IMG/VR virus record: IMGVR_UViG_2654587686_000018
Location: 1-31,892 of that record
Strand: one strand, 5' to 3'
Source: a virus
Taxonomy: Duplodnaviria > Heunggongvirae > Uroviricota > Caudoviricetes
DNA: 31,892 bases
Each line of letters starts with the position of its first letter. Within the stretch, counting starts at the first letter, position 1. Positions 1 to 7,035 of this stretch are shown here, in pieces. Made by a program: the position numbers and the translations under genes. Under the pieces are notes generated by a model, which did not search any database, had not been told where the DNA came from, and saw only the letters and a list, made by a program, of their open reading frames with translations.

Positions 1-492
1 AATGTATTCTAGCTTGGCGTTTGAATTATTTGATTGTTTGATTTCAAGTAATAATTCTGAAAGAACATTCTCATCTTGTGTTTTTTCGAATAAAATGTAA
101 GAGAAGAAAGAATGTTCTTTATAATAATCAACATTATTATTCTCCCTTATGAACTCAAGGAAAACATTTTTTGCTTCTTTAACTTTATTTTCTTCCAATA
201 ACGACTCTACAGGTAAAAACCAGTGAGTGTCCTTTCTTTCTTGTATATCAGTTGAAGGTGGGGTATCTAAATTTCCTGTTTCGTCTAGGTTATCATCATT
301 CGATATGGATTGATTTTCATCAGTTTCAAAAGTGAGCGGGCCCGCATTCATTTTTAATTTTTTTGCAGAGATTAATTTATTAATGAGTGATTTTAATTGC
401 TTATGATAAACTACTGCGATGACAATACAAAGAATTGGCCATAGAGAAAATTTTAATGCCGTGTCTATGAGTGAGTACATTTCAGGTGTCAT
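1..492 (-). CDS. hypothetical membrane-anchored protein, 5' part only (ORF runs off the window start); AT-rich accessory gene
   Basis: My own translation of the minus strand from the ATG at 490-492: MTPEMYSLIDTALKFSLWPILCIVIAVVYHKQL..., open to position 1. One N-terminal hydrophobic helix. Very AT-rich compared with the neighbouring phage genes. Same strand as CI and 14 bp downstream of its stop. Absent from the ORF track because it has no stop inside the window. Confidence 0.5.
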   Translation of the reverse strand, partial: MTPEMYSLIDTALKFSLWPILCIVIAVVYHKQLKSLINKLISAKKLKMNAGPLTFETDENQSISNDDNLDETGNLDTPPSTDIQERKDTHWFLPVESLLEENKVKEAKNVFLEFIRENNNVDYYKEHSFFSYILFEKTQDENVLSELLLEIKQSNNSNAKLEYI

Positions 493-506
493 ACCCTACG
501 TCCTGT

Positions 507-1064
507 TTAGATGAATGATTTTTTTATGTTCGCTTTGAAATTCAGATCTTTTATAGGGCAGTCAAAGGAAATATCATCCTTAGTCACCCTAACTGAGTTA
601 TTAGGTATACGCGATACATTTCTTATACTAAATTTTTCATCAATACTCAGAAGCCACTTGCCATCGGTAATATCTTCAAAAAATGAATCAGCAATGAATA
701 TGTTGTTATTTTCTTCGATAACAATGGGGCTGACAATATTTTTAGGTAGTATTGTTTTATCAAAAAAAACAGTTCCGGCATCATATAGATTTCCATCAAC
801 TATTTTTTGCTTATGCAATCTTAGAATGTCCTGCCTTTCTATATCAAAAACAGGACCATTACCGTTAACTAGCCAGGTCAGTGATGCTCCTGTTTGTAAA
901 GCGCATGTAATTACCCAATCTGATGGGAAAATATCTCTCATGTATCTAGTGGCAAGGGTGCTTTTCGATACACCCAAGTGATCGGCTAGCGCCTGCCGTG
1001 TGGTGAAACCATATGCTTCAACCAATCTCTCGATAACTTTTCGCCCACCACTGTTGAAATCCAT
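507..1064 (-). CDS. prophage repressor, coliphage 186 CI-like
   Basis: 185 aa with an N-terminal helix-turn-helix (AYGFTTRQALADHLGVSKSTLATRYMRD) and a pattern I recall from 186 CI. Good SD (aagggga) before the ATG at 1062-1064. Divergent from the rightward early operon. Confidence 0.7.
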   Translation of the reverse strand: MDFNSGGRKVIERLVEAYGFTTRQALADHLGVSKSTLATRYMRDIFPSDWVITCALQTGASLTWLVNGNGPVFDIERQDILRLHKQKIVDGNLYDAGTVFFDKTILPKNIVSPIVIEENNNIFIADSFFEDITDGKWLLSIDEKFSIRNVSRIPNNSVRVTKDDISFDCPIKDLNFKANIKKSFI

Positions 1065-1192
1065 TGCTTCCCCTTGGAATCTAATCGTTCTTGACAGATT
1101 CCAAAAGCGATCATAACATCACATCGAAAGTTCGCTTTCGGAATCTTCGCTTGTTAACACTATTAATCCTTGCTCACCACAAGCAGATCAAC
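1065..1192. promoter_or_regulatory. immunity switch region: candidate rightward lytic promoter plus operator-like repeats
   Basis: Perfect -35 TTGACA at 1091-1096, 17-bp spacer, -10-like TAACAT at 1114-1119. GGAATCT at 1076-1082 and 1140-1146, its reverse complement AGATTCC at 1096-1102. Palindrome CGAAAG-N4-CTTTCG at 1125-1140. Confidence 0.4.
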
Positions 1193-1429
1193 ATGGAATC
1201 ATGCATTATGAATCAACACATTTCAATCGCAATTACAACTCCACATGTAACTATTGAACGCTATAGTGAACTTACTGGTTTGTCGGTGGAGACTATCAAC
1301 GACATGTTGGCCGATGGACGGCTCATAAGGCATCGACTACGCAAAGATAAAAAGCGTGAAAAAGTGATGATTAACATCGCAGCCATGACAATAGATGCAC
1401 TTTCTAACAGCAACGTAATCATTAGTTAG
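1193..1429 (+). CDS. Apl/Cox-like small DNA-binding regulator or excisionase (start uncertain: ATG 1193 or 1208)
   Basis: First gene rightward from the switch. HTH-like segment ERYSELTGLSVETINDMLADGRL. The track ORF starts at a TTG at 1091 that coincides with the -35 hexamer, so an internal ATG is more likely. Confidence 0.45.
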   Translation: MESCIMNQHISIAITTPHVTIERYSELTGLSVETINDMLADGRLIRHRLRKDKKREKVMINIAAMTIDALSNSNVIIS

Positions 1430-1461
1430 TTCGATTTTGAGAACTTTTGGAGGCGTTGGCT

Positions 1462-1965
1462 ATGTTTGACTATCAAACTTCTAAACATGCTCACTTTGAT
1501 GCGGCTTGCCGAGCATTTGCAATTGAACACAATCTGGAAGATGTGGCCGCTGCCGTTGGCATGAGGCCGCAGATTCTGCGCAACAAATTGAATCCAGCAC
1601 AGCCGCACCGTTTAACCTGTGACGAGCTTTTAGCTATTACGGATTACACCGAAGATGCGCGTTTACTGGATGGAATGCTGGGGCAGATTAACTGCCTTCC
1701 ATCCGTACCGGTGAACAATGCTACAGAAGGCAACATGCAGTTGTGTGCACTGAGTGCCACAGCCAGTGTGGGCGCAATTGCTGGGGAAGCCGTATCAACT
1801 GGTCATATGACCGCCGCCCGCCGTACACAAATTCTGGATCGCGCTCGCGATGCAATCCGTAGCTTATCCGTGCTGGCTTATACCGTTGAAAGCCGTATCC
1901 AGTCTGCGCCTGTTCTGGCCGCAGCGGTGGATCTGGTGACGGCTAACGCCACAGGCTTGATATGA
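1462..1965 (+). CDS. CII-like transcriptional activator (186 CII family)
   Basis: ATG at 1462 preceded by GGAGG at 1449-1453. N-terminus MFDYQTSKHAHFDAACRAFA...LRNKLNPAQPH matches what I recall of 186 CII. Sits immediately after the Apl-like gene as in 186. Confidence 0.6.
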   Translation: MFDYQTSKHAHFDAACRAFAIEHNLEDVAAAVGMRPQILRNKLNPAQPHRLTCDELLAITDYTEDARLLDGMLGQINCLPSVPVNNATEGNMQLCALSATASVGAIAGEAVSTGHMTAARRTQILDRARDAIRSLSVLAYTVESRIQSAPVLAAAVDLVTANATGLI

Positions 1966-1974
1966 GGGAGCACC

Positions 1975-2202
1975 ATGAAAGCGTTTGTTACTTACCTGAA
2001 AAAAGAATCACCAGCCATGCAACGACCAAGCGGTTCAACGGGCTGGATAGAACTGCCGAACGGTCAGCGCTGGAATCCTGGCCACACGTATAAATTCAAT
2101 GCGCATGAGTCTGTTCGAATGAAAGGCGAGGTGGTTTTACGTTTCTTGCCTACAAAAGTCCGTCGCCTGGTTGGGTGTATAGGGGGGCGCTATGGCGATT
2201 AG
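1975..2202 (+). CDS. hypothetical early protein (75 aa)
   Basis: ORF with SD (gaggga) before the ATG; tightly packed in the early operon. Confidence 0.5.
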   Translation: MKAFVTYLKKESPAMQRPSGSTGWIELPNGQRWNPGHTYKFNAHESVRMKGEVVLRFLPTKVRRLVGCIGGRYGD

Positions 2203-2620
2203 CCAGGAACAACAAAAGCGCGGACTGGAACATTTAAAACAGATCCGCCGCAAATACTTCAGTGAAAGCAGCGAGGCCGCTGAATGGTGGGACAACCTGA
2301 CACCGGAGTGGCGCGGCGTGGTGCTTCATGCCGCTGCGGTTACTTCTGGCGCCAGGGCATTTAAAGCCCACTTAAGCAAGTGCTGCTGGCGTGAGCTTTA
2401 TGAACGCCTGGGCTATCGGGACATGATTGTGCTGCGCCAGGGCATTTCACGGGCGCGGTTAACGTTTGATGGTTTCGGCAGTTTACGTGACAGCGATTTT
2501 TCGAAGCGCACCGCGAACCGTCCGATCAAGAAGGTACATCCAATTTATAGCAGTAGCGGGGTGCAGATGGTAATCGCGCCTCATATCGTCCAAAAGTTGC
2601 AGCAACAGGGGAATCACTAA
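2192..2620 (+). CDS. hypothetical early protein (142 aa)
   Basis: ORF whose start overlaps the end of the previous gene, suggesting translational coupling. Confidence 0.5.
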   Translation: MAISQEQQKRGLEHLKQIRRKYFSESSEAAEWWDNLTPEWRGVVLHAAAVTSGARAFKAHLSKCCWRELYERLGYRDMIVLRQGISRARLTFDGFGSLRDSDFSKRTANRPIKKVHPIYSSSGVQMVIAPHIVQKLQQQGNH

Positions 2621-3021
2621 TGACCATTATTTCCGTCGAGGGTAAATCGTTGGGGGCAGAGTTGGCTGTGTGGGGAGTCCCGCATAACTACGCTTTGGCA
2701 TTTGCAGAGAAAAGCACCAGTAAAAATGGTCGCATTGCGTTGCATCCATTCTTCTTTAATGACACTGAGCACATGACTAATCCGCGTCACTGGCTGGCAG
2801 TCAATGCCGCTTTCTGGTGCTGCGTGTACCGCGAGGCCGAAAGCAAAGAAGCACAGATTGAAGCGCTGGCTGGAATCCGCGCCATTTTCTATACGGCCGG
2901 TGCGCTGGGTGTTGGCGAAATTAAAGCACTGATCCAGGAGTGGTGGCGGACAACGTACGAGCTGCACCTTATTCCAGCACCGAACCATTCCGCCGTCGCT
3001 GTACAACCCGCTTTTCACTAA
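2620..3021 (+). CDS. hypothetical early protein (133 aa)
   Basis: ATG overlaps the upstream stop (TAATG). Confidence 0.5.
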   Translation: MTIISVEGKSLGAELAVWGVPHNYALAFAEKSTSKNGRIALHPFFFNDTEHMTNPRHWLAVNAAFWCCVYREAESKEAQIEALAGIRAIFYTAGALGVGEIKALIQEWWRTTYELHLIPAPNHSAVAVQPAFH

Positions 3022-3088
3022 TTAACAACCTGAATTTTTTGGTCACAGCTTAGGTGGCCGGGGATTCTTTTGCCTTAAGGAAACCAAA

Positions 3089-3322
3089 ATGCACATGACA
3101 CGTCAGGATTTACCCGCAACGAAATCAGGTACTGACCTTCTGGCCATGCTCACCAAAGCCACACAGGAAGGTAAAGCCGCTGCTGCTGATCTGTGTTCCA
3201 CCCGTCTGGATAAGCTGGCCACCCATGCAGCCAATGAAGGTTTAAGCGCAACTGAAGTCATTGAGTTAATCCGCGAAGAAGCCGCAGCGATTTGCAGTAA
3301 GGGCGGTGCAGCATGGCAGTAA
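3089..3322 (+). CDS. hypothetical early protein (77 aa)
   Basis: ORF with SD (aagga) upstream; alanine-rich, predicted helical. Confidence 0.5.
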   Translation: MHMTRQDLPATKSGTDLLAMLTKATQEGKAAAADLCSTRLDKLATHAANEGLSATEVIELIREEAAAICSKGGAAWQ

Positions 3323-4182
3323 AAACTCCGCTTAAGTGGGTGGGCAGCAAAGCCCGCCTTATGCCGCAGTTGCTTCCCCATCTGCCGGAGGGTAAGCGCC
3401 TGATAGAACCTTTTGCCGGTTCCTGTGCTGTCATGATGAATACGGATTATGACGAGTATCTGATAGCTGATGTGAATCCTGACCTTGTTAATCTGTATAA
3501 GACGATGGCTTATCACACTGATGCATTGCTCATTGAGCTGGAGGCTTTATTTTCTGCCGGTTCATTAGGTGATGAAGAAAACCGGGCAATTTTCTATTAC
3601 GCGGTACGTGATGCCTTCAACCACTCCGGCAAATCCTTTGGTTCTGAATCTGTGGAAGCTGCGGCGCGTTTTCTTTATCTGAACCGTCACTGCTTCAATG
3701 GCCTGTGCCGATACAATCGCCGTGGCCAGTTCAATGTTCCGTTTGGTAAGTACAAAAAAACCTACTTTCCTGCTGATGAAATCCGCGCTTTTGCAGAAAA
3801 AGCGAAACGTGCAACGTTCATTACTGCCCACTATTCAGAAACGCTTGATTTGGTAAGGGACGGGCATGACGTTGTTTATTGTGATCCGCCTTACCTGACT
3901 GATACCGACAATTTCACCGCGTACCATGAGCGCGGTTTTTCTCACATGGATCAGGGGCGGCTGGCGCGTAAGCTGCGCCGCCTGGCTGAGCGTGGGATTA
4001 AGGTTGTCGCGTCAAACAGCGATCTGGAAATGGTGCATTACCTGTATGCAGGATTTGACGCTGTGCGGGTAAATGCCCCACGCAGTGTGGGTGCAGCAGC
4101 TGCAAGCCAGAAAGTTGCCGCAGAGCTGATTCTTAAGTCACCTGCAAACCCGGCGATCGGCGTTAGGGCGGTGGTGGCATGA
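3313..4182 (+). CDS. DNA adenine methyltransferase, Dam-like (N6-adenine, D12 class)
   Basis: N-terminus MAVKTPLKWVGSKARL and motifs EPFAGSCAV and DPPY are characteristic of Dam-family enzymes. No restriction endonuclease gene nearby. Confidence 0.85.
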   Translation: MAVKTPLKWVGSKARLMPQLLPHLPEGKRLIEPFAGSCAVMMNTDYDEYLIADVNPDLVNLYKTMAYHTDALLIELEALFSAGSLGDEENRAIFYYAVRDAFNHSGKSFGSESVEAAARFLYLNRHCFNGLCRYNRRGQFNVPFGKYKKTYFPADEIRAFAEKAKRATFITAHYSETLDLVRDGHDVVYCDPPYLTDTDNFTAYHERGFSHMDQGRLARKLRRLAERGIKVVASNSDLEMVHYLYAGFDAVRVNAPRSVGAAAASQKVAAELILKSPANPAIGVRAVVA

Positions 4183-4391
4183 TGGCGGAAATAATCACCG
4201 GCATTTATGCCTTGTTTGCCTGTATCACTTTCGTTTTTCTCTTATGGGACGAATGCAAGGATGAATTTGATCACGATGCTGAGGACTTAGGGTTAATCAC
4301 TCTGAGTGCGGTTTTCTGGCTACCGCTGGTAGCAGCCGTACTTGTGGCCTTCCTGATTGATTTCTGGCGGCAGTGGGTTAACCGTGGATGA
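4179..4391 (+). CDS. small hypothetical membrane protein (70 aa, two hydrophobic helices)
   Basis: ORF overlapping the methyltransferase stop; two hydrophobic stretches. Confidence 0.45.
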   Translation: MMAEIITGIYALFACITFVFLLWDECKDEFDHDAEDLGLITLSAVFWLPLVAAVLVAFLIDFWRQWVNRG

Positions 4392-4392
4392 T

Positions 4393-6408
4393 ATGCTGGA
4401 GCCTGGCCAACACCACGTCGTCAATGCCTGGCGGCGTGAAACCTTTGCGCCTGGCACTCCTTCAGATGCAACGATCACAGAACGCCGTTTGTGGGCTGTA
4501 AACCCACTGGATTATGAATGGCGTTCCCAGTACCTGCATGAAATACCCGACTGGTTAGCCGGGTATTTTGGCAACCGTTACGAAAAGCTGCTGGCTGGTC
4601 TTGACGGGCGTCGCCGTGCCAATACATTCCTGCGCAAAACTATCGGCGGGAATGTATTGCCACGTCTGCGCAAAGTGGCTGCACGTTACAAGCTGGCCGC
4701 TGATGCACTTGATCTTCCTTTCGGTAAGTCGCTGGAGCGACTGCCGTCACTTGACCGCCCGGAACTCAAAAAACTGGCTGGCCAGATATCTGGCTGGATC
4801 TCCCAGTCACTTTATGACTTCACCGATCAGTTTGTGGGCAGCACTGACGATGCCGCAGAGCTGCGCCGCCGTACGCTGGAGTCTTACGGCCATTTATGCA
4901 CGTGCTCCCTGATGCTGAACAATCAACCGCCGTACTGGGCTGAACATGAAGCCAATGGCGGACAACTGGAAACGCGTAAGGCTGAATCCGGGATTCTTCG
5001 CATGATGGCACCTGAATGGTGGTATCTGCGTCTTAAGCGGGCGCGTGATATGCAGCGTGAGCATATGGCCATTGCCGTAGGGCAGGTACAGAAAGCCGCC
5101 AGTGCTTATGTGTCACGTAAAACCCTGGGTGAATGGATAGACCAGAAAAAGCGGAACCTTGAGTTCTTTAAAAAGTTTGACCTGCTGAATGATGAAGGGC
5201 TGCGTATTGCACTGGACAGTATGGTGCACCGCAGCGTTGCTAATCCGGCGATCCGTCGCTGTGAGCTAATGGTAAGAATGAGAGGGTTTGAAGATATGGC
5301 CAATGAAGAAGGGCTGGCCGGTGAGTTTTACACCATCACCGCGCCATCACGATTCCATGCGGTACACAGCAAAGGAGGCTTTGTTTCACAATGGGATGGC
5401 TGCACCCCGCAGGACACCCAGCGCTACTTATGTGGCGTATGGGCGAAAGCCCGCGCCGCTATTTCCCGCGCAGGTATCCATGTTTTTGGTTTTCGTGTGG
5501 TAGAGCCTCACCACGATGGGACACCGCACTGGCATATGCTGCTTTTTATGCGTCCTGGTGACGTGGATACCGTGCGCGATATTCTTTGCTATCAAGCCAG
5601 AATTACCGACTCCGAAGAACTGCAAACGCCAAACGCGCTAAAGGCACGTTTCCATGTTGAAGCCATCGATCCCGCTAAAGGTTCGGCTACAGGTTATATC
5701 GCCAAATACATATCCAAAAACATTGATGGATTTGCGCTGGATGGTGAGCAGGATGATGAAACAGGGGAAAATCTGCGGGATATGGCCAAATCCGTTTCTG
5801 CATGGGCTTCACGCTGGCGCATTCGCCAGTTTCAGCAGATTGGTGGTGCGCCGGTGACAGTCTGGCGTGAGCTGCGTCGGTTGCGTGATCAGGTACTGAC
5901 TGACCGCAGAATGGATGCGGTTCTGGCTGCTGCGGATGTTGGGGACTGGGCTGCATACACCCAGGCACAGGGTGGCGCACTGGTTGCCCGCCGTGATCTG
6001 GTTGTTCGTCTGGCTTATGAAATTACAGAGCAGGGCAATGAATATGCAGAGGACGTGCAGCGCGTTCAGGGTGTCTATTCTCCATTGGTTCCAGATTCAG
6101 CGGTATGTACGCGTCTGGTGAAGTGGCAGAAGGTCGCGAAGTTGGCCGAAGCGCCAGCGGAGGCGGGTTTTTCTGGCGGCAACGCCGCCCCTTGGAGTTC
6201 TGTCAATAACTGTACGGAGGGTGGAACCCGCAGACGGTTAAAACTGGAATTGCGAAGCCGGGGTTTTGAAGGTTCTGACGATGAAATAGCCATTCTCATG
6301 CGGGGTAGTGGTTTGAGATTTGGCCAGGCGGCGTTGATTTACCGTAATGGCAGGTTACAGGAGACACGAAACGAGCCAATGCACGAGCTGTGGCCGGGGT
6401 GGTTGTAG
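4393..6408 (+). CDS. replication initiation endonuclease (P2 gpA / 186 RepA-like rolling-circle initiator)
   Basis: HUH-type motif HHDGTPHWHMLLF and catalytic tyrosine motif GYIAKYISKN. Track ORF begins at TTG 4357; the in-frame ATG at 4393 directly follows the upstream stop and is preferred. Confidence 0.85.
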   Translation: MLEPGQHHVVNAWRRETFAPGTPSDATITERRLWAVNPLDYEWRSQYLHEIPDWLAGYFGNRYEKLLAGLDGRRRANTFLRKTIGGNVLPRLRKVAARYKLAADALDLPFGKSLERLPSLDRPELKKLAGQISGWISQSLYDFTDQFVGSTDDAAELRRRTLESYGHLCTCSLMLNNQPPYWAEHEANGGQLETRKAESGILRMMAPEWWYLRLKRARDMQREHMAIAVGQVQKAASAYVSRKTLGEWIDQKKRNLEFFKKFDLLNDEGLRIALDSMVHRSVANPAIRRCELMVRMRGFEDMANEEGLAGEFYTITAPSRFHAVHSKGGFVSQWDGCTPQDTQRYLCGVWAKARAAISRAGIHVFGFRVVEPHHDGTPHWHMLLFMRPGDVDTVRDILCYQARITDSEELQTPNALKARFHVEAIDPAKGSATGYIAKYISKNIDGFALDGEQDDETGENLRDMAKSVSAWASRWRIRQFQQIGGAPVTVWRELRRLRDQVLTDRRMDAVLAAADVGDWAAYTQAQGGALVARRDLVVRLAYEITEQGNEYAEDVQRVQGVYSPLVPDSAVCTRLVKWQKVAKLAEAPAEAGFSGGNAAPWSSVNNCTEGGTRRRLKLELRSRGFEGSDDEIAILMRGSGLRFGQAALIYRNGRLQETRNEPMHELWPGWL

Positions 6409-6486
6409 CCTCGTAAGTCTGTGATACATCACTGTTTGTCAACGAATAGCAGCAAAAATCACTTTCACATTTTGTGCTTAAATGTA

Positions 6487-6506
6487 TACTGTATGAATAT
6501 ACAGTT
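6487..6506. promoter_or_regulatory. LexA (SOS) box
   Basis: TACTGTATGAATATACAGTT is a CTGT-N8-ACAG palindrome close to the E. coli LexA consensus. It overlaps a -10-like TATACT at 6485-6490. Confidence 0.7.
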
Positions 6507-6523
6507 ATTCTGTTTTTAGGAGG

Positions 6524-6742
6524 ATGCTTGTGCAGGATTTGTTTATGGAAACTATCGCATTGCAGCGGATTGCGTTGTTTACCAGGTTGATCGCCAAAAG
6601 TAATTGCACTGGCTGTGAAAAGGACATTGCACTTGCCTGGCTAAGCGAGCTGACTTCAGATCTGGAAAGTAAACTTGATGAATATGAAAGTAAAAACCCC
6701 CGGGAAGGGGGCTTATCAGGCGGCGGGAGTCGCTTTCAGTAG
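6524..6742 (+). CDS. small SOS-regulated protein, candidate Tum-like antirepressor (start ATG 6524 or GTG 6530)
   Basis: ORF immediately downstream of the LexA box with a strong SD AGGAGG at 6518-6523. Function inferred from position and regulation, not sequence identity. Confidence 0.4.
   Translation: MLVQDLFMETIALQRIALFTRLIAKSNCTGCEKDIALAWLSELTSDLESKLDEYESKNPREGGLSGGGSRFQ
6692..6711 (-). terminator. putative intrinsic terminator for the Ogr-like gene
   Basis: CCCCC/GGGGG stem with 5-nt loop at 6697-6711 and an A-run at 6692-6696 (U-run on the minus transcript), 5 nt past the stop at 6716. Confidence 0.4.
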
Positions 6743-6985
6743 GTCTAATGCCATTTGACGCTGATCGGGTGACAGTGCATTCAATATTTTCTGCACCATT
6801 GCATCACCCGTTTTCGCGCTGGGGCTGAGAGTGTGGGAGAACGTCAGATTCATCACAAACGTATGGCCACACTCCACATCTGAACAGGCGCAGTAAATAT
6901 CCGCAATCTGCCGGTGCTTCCGGTTTGTTTTACGAATAACAGCCTTTGAGCCGCATTCCGGGCATTCGATTTTCAGAACTCGCAT
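6716..6985 (-). CDS. Ogr/Delta-family zinc-finger late gene activator
   Basis: CPEC...CACSDVEC cysteine pattern (CxxC-N22-CxCxxxxC) as in P2 Ogr. Start placed at MRVLKIECPEC (ATG 6983-6985) with GGAG SD; the track ORF extends to 7039. Confidence 0.7.
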   Translation of the reverse strand: MRVLKIECPECGSKAVIRKTNRKHRQIADIYCACSDVECGHTFVMNLTFSHTLSPSAKTGDAMVQKILNALSPDQRQMALDLLKATPAA

Positions 6986-7035
6986 ATTCCATGCTCCAGC
7001 TGTTAAATGATGCCTGGATTTTAGCCTTTTTCGCC

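Noticed and set aside
511-981. 156-aa plus-strand ORF antisense to the CI repressor gene
   Set aside because: Lies entirely within the better-supported repressor gene on the opposite strand, has no SD and no recognisable features; a shadow ORF.
1091-1192. TTG-initiated 5' extension of the Apl-like ORF
   Set aside because: The TTG coincides with the -35 hexamer of the predicted rightward promoter, so translation from there is implausible; an internal ATG is preferred.
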